Shown here piece by piece: positions 36,101-48,700 of a stretch of 64,000 nt of DNA. Each line of letters starts with the position of its first letter. The first letter of the stretch is position 1. The notes under the pieces were generated by a model. That model was not told the origin of the DNA and searched no databases. It was given only the letters and a program-made list of their open reading frames with translations. The position numbers and the translations under genes are program-made. Origin of the DNA: Sphaerodactylus townsendi (lineage: Eukaryota); NCBI RefSeq assembly GCF_021028975.2, contig NC_059427.1, positions 124,806,001-124,870,000 on the forward strand, in the 5' to 3' direction.

Positions 36101-37213
36101 CCTTACAACATTCTGTTTCTGATATCAGAGCAAGAAATCAATTTTTCTTGATCTATGAACTGACCATCTTTTATCTATTCTTGCAGTCCTTACCCCAAAT
36201 ACCTGCAGAACACCAAAGAGAATGAATTATGATCTGGGGAGTTGAGCTTCATATCTCTTTTCAGTCACAAACAAACTCTGTCAACTTCCCATCTGCAATA
36301 TGAGGATAGCAATTATGGCCTAGCCCGCAGGGGTGTTGTAAGGATTACTGCAACAATATATGCATAGTGCTTGAACACTAAAAGCTCTATATTAGGATAA
36401 AGGTTCTTCTTCTTCTCCCTCAGTTGTACAACACAGTGTGGTACAGAGTCAGATATGGAAGACCCAGGTTCAAATTCCCTCTTTGCCATGGAAGCTTGTT
36501 GGGTGACCTTGGACTAGTCACACAGGCTCAGACTAAACTACTTCACAGGGTTGTTGTGATAACATGGAGATGAGAACGACGTAAGCTGCTTTTGGTCCCC
36601 ATAGGGAGAAAGATGAAATATAAGTGAAATAAATAAAATAAATAAGATTTATCAATATGACTGCTTCATGAATCCTTTTCATATCTTACAATGCAGAATT
36701 GTGCCTGGTGCAGAGCCTCATTTTTAGGGAATGTTAGGAAATCACTTTTTATCCATTATACCTTTATTCTTAATACGCTCTCTGGTGAATTGTCCAATTT
36801 AGTGAAAATATGCACGTTTACAGGTATGGGGAAATCCACTCAGGCAACCTCTTTACTTATCATAAGCATGATGACCAAGTGACGTTAAACTGAGAAAGAA
36901 GACCAGGGGATAAATGGTCACAGATTTTGGCTCCTCGCTTCTTCAGGACAGAACAAAAACCAAGGACCACTTTGCAGACAAGAGCCCCACCTTCCTCACT
37001 CAGCATGCAGTCGCTCAGCACAATCTCGGTGAACTGCAGTTCATCCTGCAACAGCTTGCCCAGAGCCCCACACGTGTCCACAGAAAGGCTCTGGGTGGCA
37101 AAATCCAAGTGGCTTCTCCCTGTTGTCTCCTGTAATCGCTGCAAGACGCTCTCCTGTGGCTCAACACCGCTCTCCTTGCACAGCCTAATGAAGGACCTTC
37201 GGAAGTCATCCAT
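21160..37213 (-). CDS. LRRC45: Leucine-rich repeat-containing protein 45 (centrosome linker), 17 coding exons, 671 aa
   Basis: Exons 36991-37213, 35341-35402, 35095-35165, 33960-34138, 32982-33110, 32565-32677, 31364-31422, 31191-31268, 30445-30580, 30098-30175, 29809-29920, 29631-29701, 28583-28675, 27816-27908, 24489-24662, 22711-22858, 21160-21356 (2016 nt, phases consistent). [16 protein letters not shown], LRRs ([17 protein letters not shown]), coiled coil ending [21 protein letters not shown]. Confidence 0.96.
22994..23718. repeat. Long imperfect inverted repeat (foldback) in LRRC45 intron 15
   Basis: Arm 22994-23176 is the reverse complement of 23534-23718 (e.g. GCTAACATCCAAA / TTTGGATGTTAGC; AAACAAAAAAGAGAGGG / CCCTCTCTTTTTTGTTT). 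Confidence 0.85.
25095..26110 (-). mobile_element. 5'-truncated Rex1/Babar non-LTR retrotransposon, RT C-terminal part
   Basis: Uninterrupted 288-codon frame ([63 protein letters not shown]); 3' UTR ends in AATAAA plus (ATGCTT)4. Confidence 0.92.
29000..29231. mobile_element. Tc1/mariner-superfamily MITE (Tc2-like)
   Basis: TIR CCCTGTTTCCCCGAATATAAGAC...GTCTTATATTCGGGGAAACACGG, flanked by TA on both sides. Confidence 0.88.
33585..33845. mobile_element. Tigger/pogo-like MITE
   Basis: TA|CAGTGGAACCTCGGT...ACCAAGGTTCCACTG|TA with internal AAAACCGA repeats. Confidence 0.88.
36435..36650 (+). mobile_element. Older Sauria-type SINE
   Basis: GGTGACCTTGGACTAGTCACAC core, (AAAT)n tail; similar decayed copies near 18480, 24000, 27440, 31660. 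Confidence 0.6.
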
Positions 37214-39581
37214 CTCTGCAGCAGGCATCAGGTCATTCATGACACCAGGCACATGAGGGGTTAAGGTAGTTCTTGCCAGGAAAAGGCAGCAGGGGGGAGC
37301 CTGCTAGACAGCAATCGTTAAAGGTTATCACCCTGGAATACAGCGTAAAGTACTCTCTCTCTCCAGCAGCAAATAAGGGCTCCAGAAACAACCGTTCCTC
37401 CAACTTCACCCCTGCACAAACACCAAAGCGACAGTTAGACCCATTTCCAAACAGCCACCGAGTATTGCTAGAAATACAGCCTCACCCTTCAACTGCCAAC
37501 TCCAGCCTATGTAACTAAGGAAAAACGGTGTATGATGGGAGTTGTAGTTGTACTTTTCCACTCCCAAACACTATTACCAGGAAATTAAGGGATACTGGGA
37601 GTTGTAGTCCAGAGCACATTTGGCATTTCTTAAGACATTCCTTTTTCACCGTTGTACATGTGACACACACCCATATTATTTAAAAAATGTTGTACGAAAA
37701 CAGAAGTCTTTCAGATTAATAGGGACAGAGAATGAACTAAAACTATGGTTATGTCTCTCCAGCAAGAAACTAATCAGGGTGTGTGTATGTGTGTTTGTGT
37801 GTTTGTGTGTGGGGGTGATCTGCTCTCAATTTACAGTTGACTTGTAGGGTTATAGAGCTTTCAAGGCCAAAGATGCTGGGAGGTAGTTTGCCACTGCCTG
37901 GTTTCCACAACCCTGGTATTCCTTGGAGGTCTCCCATCCAAGTACTAGCTAGGGTCAGGGCTGAGTATGTGTGACTGGCTCAAGTTCACTCAGAAAGCTG
38001 GCAGGGGTTGGGATTTCTAAGACCAGCACCTTAACCACTACTATGCTATGCTGGCTTCCTAATCTAGTTTTAGGTCAACATTTATCTGTTTTCTTTCTAA
38101 AATGAGCACAAGAAAGTGATTTAAGATTTGCCAGATCCAAAGTGTTAAAGCCGTGATATGCCATGCATACATTTGATTTCTGTTTTTATGAAATCATGAT
38201 ATCCTAAGGGGTGCAGCCATGCTCTGGCAGAATAACATGTCAGCCCTTTAAAACTTCTAATGAATATTGCTAGTTCGGGGTACTATCTGGTTATTCTGTA
38301 ACACTGTAAGATGCTGAAATCTGAGTTTTACAATGCAAACCAGAGCTGTTGGGCAGAGATGGCACCACTCTGGCACGCCCTGCCTGCTCTGAAGAAGCCC
38401 ACACCCGGTCCGGGTGGCAGAGGAAACTTCCAAGTTTGGTGGTGTGAAGCACCCAGCCACCTGGATAAATTGCCCTTCTGTCAGGGCATCTACCTCTTCC
38501 ACTAGCAGAATGGGTTCGCCAGTTCCAGAGGGTTGCGCCAGTTCCAGAGGGGGATTTGCCCCCCCCACCCCCCGGATTGGGCTGCCCAGCTCTGTAAAAT
38601 ATGTATGTGTGTGTGCAACCATTATAATGCTATGGCTTCTGAGGAACTAAATCAATATGGTATCAACATTCAAACAAGACACTTAAGGCTTTCTGTATGC
38701 CACAAATCCAGTCTACCTCCTATCAGTTAGTTCAGCCTAACAATTCATTTTCAGGGTGAGTTCATGCAAGAATGTTCATCATTCAGTGATTGCAAGATGT
38801 GTGAAACAGCCATTACTAATCTCATACCACCAGTTTTTATCTCATACCATGAAACACCATTCTCTTCAGTGGAGGTGGGTCATGGTTTCATATGCAAATC
38901 AAAGGGTGACAAGTCATCAATTGAAGAGACAAAGTGAAGCACACCCATACAAGGTGATCCCTAAACTAAAATGGCACCTCAGATGAATGGCACCCCAAGA
39001 CAACGAGTTTAACACCTTAATGGTGGGGGAAAAGTTCAACTGAGTTCAGTATGACTAATTCCAAGGTACAAGTGCCTAGCTTTAGGCCCGCAGCTATAAT
39101 TCTATGTACACTTACACTGGAGTAAGCAGCATTAACGTTAATAAGGGTTATTTTGGAGTAAAGAAACACAGGCCTGGGCAGTTAGGCATATTTGCTTAGA
39201 AACAGGTCCCAGTAATATAATATACAAATGGGGAAAAGTGCTTTCATATTATGATGACTAAAGACTGATGAAAAGCATAGTAAGCAGCCAAACGCTACTA
39301 ACATTTCCGTTGACATGAATAGGGCTGCTGCAGAAGTGTAGTAAACTCTTTAAGAAGGTTAAGGTCCCTTTACTCTGTTGTTATTTAGCTCCGAGCACGC
39401 CAGTTTGCTCCTCTTACTTCGCTTTGCATCACTGTAATTCTCTGTAATCTTTCAGTTCTCCGAGCATGGACCAGGGGATGATGGAACTGTAGTCCATAAC
39501 ATCTGGAGGGCAGCACACCTAGCCAGACCAGCCTCCCCGCCTTCGGTTATTAACTGAGCCAGAACACTCGAGAAAACTTAC

Positions 39582-39780
39582 ACAGGGACGTAAAGCAGCT
39601 CCCAGAATGCCAGGAGAAAAAGCCAGCCTCCTCCTCGACCGGAAACTGAAGAAGTTGGTGGGAGGGAAAATAAGGGAGGGACTACAACTCCCAGCATGCA
39701 CGACGGTGCGGCTTTGCCTGTTCAAGCTCTTCAGCGAGCCAGGATTGGAAGGCATACGAGGGGAGGAGCCATTGTGAAAT
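39582..39780. promoter_or_regulatory. LRRC45/CENPX bidirectional promoter with ZNF143/THAP11-type motifs and probable non-coding LRRC45 exon 1
   Basis: GGACTACAACTCCCAGCATGCAC at 39679-39701; second CTCCCAGAATGCC near 39599; ETS-like CCGGAAA near 39639; minus-strand donor GTAAGT at 39576-39581. Confidence 0.75.
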
Positions 39781-42700
39781 GGAGAAGCGGGATGGAAGTA
39801 GCTGCGGCTTCAAAAAGGTCGGAGATGAAGTGAGACGTGTGAAAGGAAAGAGTTATGGGCCCGGTTGTGGTGGGTTTCCTGGGCTGTGTGGCCGTGGCCT
39901 GGTAGATCTTGTTCCTAACCTTATGGGCTCCTTCCGCACATGCAGAATAATTCACTTTCAATCCACTTTCACAATTGTTTGCAAGTGGATTTTGCTACTC
40001 CGTGCTGTACAATCCAGCTGCAAAGTGCATTGAAAGTGGATTGAAGGTGCATTATTCTGTATGTGTGGAAGGGGCCATGGACCCTGTGGGAGCGAAGAGG
40101 CGGTCTGGTCATCATAGAAGTTCAGGGCTTTGGCCGACTTCAGCCAATCTTAAGAACTCTGAGAGGGTACTGATCATAGTAGGCAATAGTTAGAATCTGC
40201 TCGAACAAAGATATTTCCTGGCAAATCAGATTATGCTAATTGTTACGGTAGCAGGATGCTTGATTCAGTCCCATGAAGTTTCTGCCTTAGGTTGTTTGTC
40301 TTTATGTTGCCAGAGTATGTTGTGACAATGGCCATAATAGGGTTATGAGAGCTAGGTTCAAGTTCGGTAGAGACCAACCTTAGCTTTTAGAGACTAACAA
40401 AATTTATATCAAAAATTACTGATTTGGTTTTACTATTAGAAATACATAGATTAAATAATAATGAAATTACATAAGAACATAAGAACTAGCCTGCTGGATC
40501 AGACCAGAGTCCATCTAGTCCAGCACTCTGCTACTCACAGTGGCCCACCAGGTGCTTTTGGGAGCTCACATGCAGGGTGTGAAATCAGTGGCCTGCTGCT
40601 GCTGCTCCTGAGCACCTGGTCTGCTAAGGCATTTGCAATCTGAGATCAAGGAGGATCAAGATTGGTAGCCATAGATCGATTTCTCCTCCATAAATTATTG
40701 CAAGGTAAACTATCTTCAGTTTATTAGATTAATCATTCATATTTGGACAATATTTTTCTGTATTTAATTGAAAGGAGAAAAATAATTATTATCTTAATAA
40801 CAATTTAAATAGTTTTACTTAACCAAATCAATAACATATAGCCTATGTATTCTTGTATTTGCTTAAACATCCATGTTTATTAACTGATGTGGTTAAACAA
40901 AATACTTACAGCCCAGTTCAGGTGGGTGGGGTCAAATCCGCTTGCAGAAGTGGCACAGGGCTGTGCTGATGAGTTTGCCCCCTGCACTAGTGCAAGGGGC
41001 ACCCACACCAGTGAAGGGGGCAAAGGTGCCAGTGTCTGGCTGCCCCTCAGCTGCATGGCGGTGAAAGCTGTAAATACACATTGCCACAGAGCTGTGCTGG
41101 CATCCCAATTGGACGCTGGTGTGTGGGGAGGGCTAGCTGGGGCATTCCTGGGCATGGAGCCAATGTTAGTTGGTTTCCACCTTGAATTTGCCTGCAGAAT
41201 CCAAGGAGCTGCAGTGGCATAGTGGTTAAGAGCAAGTATACTCTAATCTGGAGGAATCAGGTTTGATTCCCAGCTCTGCCGCTTGAGCGGGTGGAGGCTT
41301 ATCTGGGGAATTCAGATTAGCTTGTACTCTCCCAACACACGCCAGCTGGATGACCTTGGGCTAGTCACAGTTCTTCGGAGCTCTCTCAGCCGCACCTATC
41401 TCACAGGGTGTTTGTTGTGAGAGGGGAAGGGAAAGGAGTTTGTAAGCCCCTTCAAGTCTCCTATAGGAGAGAAAAGGGGGATATAAATCGAGCTCTTCTT
41501 CAGTTGCACCATGGCTCAGATCTTGGACTGATGCCACCCCTTTGGGTGGTGTAAATCCATTAAACCCTGTGCAGGGCTCTATGACGGGAGCAGGTGTTGT
41601 TTTTTTCTGCCTCCCCACACTGCCAGAAAGTCCTCTGGAGGCAGTGGGGCAGCACTGCAGCATTGTCATCCCAGCCACCTGGGCTCTGGATTGGGATGTT
41701 ACACTATCTGCCAGGTCTGCACAAGAAAAACGTAAAATACTGCACAAGAAAAATGTAAAATCTCACTGATCTTTATCTTCATTTTCTTGTTTAATCATAA
41801 TCTGGAAAAGAAAAACAGGCTTTCCTGCTTGCTTTTTAAACGATTTCCCAATTTGGAATGCATGTGTCCAAGAACGAGAATATTCTTTTTATGCCATCAA
41901 AAGAAGTTACCACTGTTAAAAGTGAAATCATTACTTCAACAGACTCTAAATAAGTGGTTCTCACCCTTCCTAATGCCGCAACCCTTTAATACAGTTCCTC
42001 ATGTTGTGGTGACCCCCAACCCTAACATTTATCCATTTTACAGATGGAGAACACTGAAGCAGAGAGTCTTAGGTGACCCCTGTGAAAGGGTCGTTCGACC
42101 CCCAAAGGGGTCGCAACCCACAGGTTGAGAACTGCTGCTCTAAATTCAAATGTTTAATAAGTGACCTCCACCAGTTCACTGGTGGGACTTTCTTAAGACA
42201 TCATTGGCAAACATATATTTCTTGAATGTTACCCCTTTAGTGCTTATAATAGTTGGCTTCACAGATGGATGATTCCTAAATACCCTTGTCATAGCTGATC
42301 CCTCTTTTTTAGCACTTAAGATTTGACCCTTTTACTGGATATTTATTTATTTATTATTGAAATTTTGACAATATTTGCAAGAAAATGAGGTGGAGACAGT
42401 GTTTGTTCCACCCCCTTTTCTGGCCTTGTAGAGAATAATGGGACCTCGATTTTCCTCAAAAAAACATTTCATTTTAAAATCCATTTTAAAATTGATTTTT
42501 ATCCACCCTGTTGGTGATCCACAGTATCTGTAAAACTGTCCTGCAACACCACTTTTCAAAGGAACCTAGTTTCTTCTGTCAACTTCCTTCATTGTTCAAT
42601 TTTCATACCATGGAATACCTTTCTTTATCTTTATTAACCTTTAATAGGCATAGAACCATGGAATACCATGGCATGAATTAACTTCATCTTGGTTACCGGC

Positions 42701-45700
42701 AACACATCCTTACAATTAAGGATTTTTTCTGTTGTTTCATTTGGGCCACCAGGTATTATATTTCTTTGTTGCAGTGTTTGCATTTTGCCTTACCCATAGC
42801 TAGAGGAACTTCATTAAAATATTCCCAAACTGGGTCTCTTTTATGGCCTGCTGCCATTATAGGTTTTCTCCTCAAAGAAGAGAATATGATAAACCTCAGG
42901 CTACACATACAAAGATCCCAGACTTGTGGAGTATTCTGCTCAGAAGGGTTCATTTTTACTGCTTGTCCCTCCCTCCACACACTGCGCTCCTTGTGCAGAT
43001 CTATAAACATAGCACTTAAGAGGTAAGAAGTTGATTCTGTGCAGTGGTGGGATTCAAATAATTTAACAACTGGTTGTTTACAAGTACCATTTTAACAACC
43101 GGTTCTGCCAAAGTGATGCGAACCTGCTGAGGCCCACCACTGATTCTGTGTACATAGATTTGCAAAGAAACAATGAGGCTCAGGTCTTTTTCTCTGTATG
43201 TTCGTTTTATAACATTTTTGCTGTGAAAAGGCATGTTATCTGTACAGTTTTGAAAAATGCAGAACCAAACATCTGTGATAATCTTATAGATAGAAAAATT
43301 GCCCCAAACAAACTTACAGAAACCTTTAGAAGAGCATGACCTTATGAATAGATTAATGGCATTCATTTACCAAAAAAAATAAACATGCTACATAATTAAT
43401 AAAATTAATTATTTCATGGTGAATAACTTTTGGGCTATAATGTAAACTGGGCAAAGGAAAGGGACTTGAGAATAAAATTGCCCATTTCACTATCCCTTTG
43501 TATAAAACTATGGTACTACTCTTCTGTTTACTGCATTTCAGAAAGAATGTCAGGGAAGTAGAAAGGGTTCAGAAAAGGCAAACCAAATCAGGGAGTGGAA
43601 ACCCCTTCTTTGGGTGAGATTGTTTAATTTAGGAATAAAAACTAATCTATGTGGCATGACAAATGATTTCAGTATGCCCCAGAATTTGTCATCCCCCCCC
43701 CCCCAGAAAATTGTAAAGTTCTTTTCCAGCATCACTGTATTGAGGACAGGTGAAAAGAATAGCACCACATTGATTTGCAGAATTTACTGCCTCAGAATGT
43801 GAGGATGGTCTGTAGCTTGGGTGTTTTTAGAAGCCAACAGTATAGCTAAGGTTCAGAGCTATCATACCTCCAGATGCAAATTGCTGGGATGGGAATTGAT
43901 GGGAGGGCAGCGGGGGTCTGTTGCCTTCTTGTCTTGTTTGTTAGGTTTCCGCAAGCATCAGGCTGGCCACTTTGGAAAATAAGAGGCTGGATTTATAGCA
44001 AGGCTGCTCTAGCTCACAACTTGCGGTTCTTTGGCTATCTTGCTCTGCTCAAATAAAGTTTCTTATTGGTTATCTTCCAGACATCCAATATATTACTCAA
44101 ACATATGAAATAACCTACATAGAGATTTTTAAAAACTGAACTTTGCACTCTTCAGAAACAAATCCTTCAAGTGAGATGTAGTATATTAGTAAAATTCTTC
44201 AGAGCACTTCTAGAAGTCTGCAGCAGGTAGCGCTAGTGCCTAATCAATCTTGTATTTATCTCTTTCCAGAAGGTACACAGTATAAAAACCATACAGCTGC
44301 CTCCCTGCGCAGAGTGCATTTTTAAAAGCTACATTTTTCTGAATCACAGGGCAATGCATTTTAGGTTACCCTGATCTTGCGTAGAATAAGGCATGTCTCC
44401 TAAACCCCTTAGATTTTAAAGTCACACATTTAACTCTGTGCTGGGTTGGATTCAAACTGCCTGTAGTCATCTTTTAAATAAAATAATCCTATTAGCTTAG
44501 TACCAATAGAGATCCTCCAGGAAAACCTTTTGTTTGGCATGTACCTACCAAACATCCTGATTACAGCTATATAGCTACAGTCTTGTCAGAACCCATGCCA
44601 AGATCCTTTCGATCCTTTCGATTCGGTTAGGTCAGTTATCTACTCAAGCTAATATATTCCATTTGGACAAAGCATCTCAAAAACCTGTTGAGAGAAAGAG
44701 AGATGGTTTATGACATTTAAAGTACAGTTTAATTATTTGAGTTGGAAAGGATCTTTCAGGCCATCCAGTTCAACCTCTTCCAGAAGCATGACTCCTTTGA
44801 CACAGATCACTTTTTGAAAGCCTCCTCTGTGTATTCCCAGCAATGTAGTCCTCATGAGCCTTCCTGTTACCAGAGGAGTGGAAAACAACCCCAAAATGTA
44901 AAAACAAAAACAAAAAACATTTTTCTGACAATCCCTTAGATATCTGGTAGCTGCCCTTGTGTCCCTCTTAAGCTACAAGGGCTCAGTTCCTTCATTTTTT
45001 CTCATGCCATATGCTACAAACTTGAAATTATCTCTGTTACTCTCAATCATCGCTGCTTTGCTGATAAATGATGAGAATCCTGCTTAAATTGGGGAGAATA
45101 ATACTGAATCATCTAGTCTAGCTGAATTTTACTGATTTATTTGTTGAATTAATTTATACCCTGTCTTTCTCCATGCTGGCAGGGGCTGATGGGAATTGTA
45201 GTCCATGAACATCTGGAGTGCCATAGGTTCGCCACCACTGCCCTAGTCTGAGTCTCTTAACCACTACACTACACTGGCTGAAGAGTATTAAATCAAGTTC
45301 TTGCTTTTATCTTGCATATAGCACTTATGTAACACAACACAAAGCTGTGTTTTCCTTTGACATGCATTGACCTATATCCTACTATATCCACTAAGCAAAG
45401 TTGGAAGCCTTCATATAATTTGATGAACCTCACTTCACCTTCAGTAAAGGTTGTTTTTCCAGAGGAAGAGCAACTGAAATTGGAGGGAAAAAATTTAGGC
45501 TTGTGGAAGGTTTCAAACCTGGTTGGGTGGATTGGTAGGATATTGGCCATTATTTATACAATACACAATGCACATTCTGCCTTCTTTAGCCAAGTGTTAG
45601 GTTGTTAGTTTATACTGCAGTTTTCTAGCTCACGTATTCAATAACACAAGTGGCATTTCGCTCACCTTCAGTCTTTTAATGGGGCTTTTAACCCTATTAT

Positions 45701-48700
45701 GTAAGCTGCCCTGGGACTTTGGTGTGGGATGGGGTATAAATGGAATAAATAAATGTTTTAGGCTCAGTTGATGCTGCTTATTAAACGCATTCTGATCCTT
45801 GTCAGATTAACAGTTGCTAATTCAGAAGTGGTAATTTGCGAGAACTCTAGTCTTTCACCTTCAAAACTACATTTTATTTCTCTCAAGTGTGTAACAGTTT
45901 TATTTTTGTACCTATGTACAAAGCTTATGCTAAAATTTTATCTCACTTCACTGGATTTTCTTTTCTTGAAAGCATCTATAGCTAGCATCACTCGGGATTG
46001 TCCAAGTGGAAATTCATTTTAAAATTGCATTTATCCCTGCCTTTCTGCTTTTATCAGGACCACAAAGGCAGCTAATGAATTTAAAATATACATAACAAAA
46101 CATTAAAACAAAATAAAAGCACATCATTAAAACCAAACTAAAATCCACATGTGAAAACATAAAAATAATAAAACAGGGTAGGAAGGAAGGATAACTGAAG
46201 GAACTCCAGATGAATCAAAGAGGTCTTTACAGGTGGATGATGGTAACAGGCAAGGCTGGGGAAGGAGTTCCAAAGTTTTGGTGCCACAACCAAGAAGATC
46301 CTCTTCCAGTTTGCTACTCACCTAATCTCAAAAATCAGGGCACCCAGAAGGACCTTGGGAAATGACCTTATCAGTCAGGGAGTTTCATAAGGGAGTAAGC
46401 GGTGCCTTCAGGAGAAATGAGAACCTAGAAATAGAGAACCTTGATTAACTGGAGGATACCAATTCTAATAAGCCAGAATATGAACCAAAGGCATGCTTTA
46501 TTTTTTTTGTAGGTATTTCCATCCTGGTTCTATATTTTAACAAGGAATTAAAAAACTGAGTATTAAAGAGTGCTTCTCCCTAACTTTCATGAGCCAGAAC
46601 TTGTTTAGATGCAGGAAGTGCTATGTTCAGTTGGCAATTCTCCCTGTATGTATATACACACATACACAAATACAAACGGCAAGAAGAGTATAGGGTGAGA
46701 TGGGGGAGCACTATCTGATCAAAGCTGATGCCACCATAATTCTGCTGGTCTCCAAGGTGCCACAAGACTCTTTGGCTATAGCAGACTAAGTGGTTACCCC
46801 TCTGGAATGTCCCAGCATGGTCTTCAGCAGACAAGGCTGTTGGTTGGAAGGACGAAGTATGGCTGATTCACAAGCGTTCAGATCTCAGCAACAGAAAAAG
46901 GGGTGGAGAATAAGGGCAGTGATGTGGTCTCTCTGTGGGGATGGAAGGCTGGCTGCCATGAGTTGTCCTCATCGCTGTCTTTCTCCTTGTGAATAAGATG
47001 CAAAATGTGTAAGGCAATATGTTTTATTGGGTCCATTTCTTTTGATGCGTTCCTACGCCAGCATAAGTCGATCTCATAAAAGAGATCGCTTTACCTATTC
47101 TATATTGCTTTGAAATGGAAAGACAAGGAGATTCACTTTTTCTCCATTAACACCCGTTGACTTGATTTCCTTTCTGTGCAGGAAACTGTGAACAAGCTGC
47201 TCCAGCACCACTTCAAAGATGACAAAACACAAGGTAATTGCTTTCCCTTCTGTCTCAGTACAGAGGCCAATTCCTGCTAGAGGTCTTGCCAGATTTCTCA
47301 GCAGAGAGAAATCAGGCTCTGGAACATAGGTGTCGAACTCGTGGTCCTCCAGATGTTATGGACTGCAGTTCCCATCATCCCCTGCCAGCATGATGGGAAC
47401 TGTAGTCCATAACATCTGGAGGGCCGTGAGTTTGACACCTATGCTCTGAAATCATGCTCTGGAACATCTGAGATAATCAAGATCCATGGTGGCTGCCTGA
47501 TGATTCTTTGTGTGGGGCAGACAACTGTGGTGTGGTGAGAGGGGCTGATGAGTGCTTGTCTCCAGGTGACTCTGTGTTTTCCTCTTCCAGTCAGTGATGA
47601 TGCCCTGTTGCTGGTGGCAGAATTGCTGAAAGTGTTTGTTCGAGGTAAGTCGTCAGGAGAACACATTCTGATGTGTGGAGTGGCCTTCATTAGATGGATG
47701 ATCTGGAGTCTATAGAAGCATGGAATGTAGTGTCGAATTTGCTGTACTATGGGATTTTTCTTTTATATTTTGTAGTTTTCCCGGTCATCTAAAAGGCTGT
47801 AACCAGCTAAATTTTGAAATTAAAGCTTCCAAGCCTTCCAAAACCTTTTTCCCTTCTGTTCCTTTGCCATGCCTCCTTTGGCTTACATACACCTTCCCAT
47901 CCCAGTTCCTGGAGAAATAGCATTAGGTTTAGATCTATCAGTAATAAATAAGTATGTTACTGCTACCTTTATATTATATTCCAATTGCAGAATTTGGTTT
48001 TGGTTTTTGGTGCAGAATTTGCGCAGCTTAAGTGGAATACAGGAAGTAAATGTTAACTATATTTTTACCAGACTCTACAAGGCACAGATGTGTTTACACC
48101 CACTTTTAACTCTCTGGGGTCCTTACAGGGTAATCCTTCACACGGGTGGTGCTGCGCCACCGTTCCAGGCCCATGAACTGGTTTTTTGCTCTGCTGTCCC
48201 AGTACTGACAGTGGTGTGGCAAACTGCTTAGGAGGCAGCTCAACCGCACTCTTGCTGTGACATCCCTGGCTGTGGCAAAGCTGTGTCCCCACCACCACCA
48301 CCACCACTGGGATTACACTGCCAATGCTAGGTGGTTACCAGTGCAATCTTGAGCAGAGTTGCATCCTTCTACACTTATTAGAATAGGGTTGCCAACCCCC
48401 TAGGTGGTACCTGTAGATCTCCTACTATTACAGGTGATCTCCAGATGACCAATATCAGTTCCCCTGGAGAAAATGGCTGCTTTGAAGGGTGGACTCTGTA
48501 CTCTGCTGAAGTCCCCTCTGCTCTCCAAGACCCACCTTCCACAGGCTCTACCCTCCCCCCGCCCCAAATCTCCAGGTGTTTCCCAACCTAGTGTTGGCAA
48601 TCCTAGTTTGGGATTGCATCAAATAAAAGGAGCATGGTATTTAAGCTGGTATTGTGCTTCCTGGTCGCTAAATGAAATGATGAGTGAGGAGTAGTAACGG

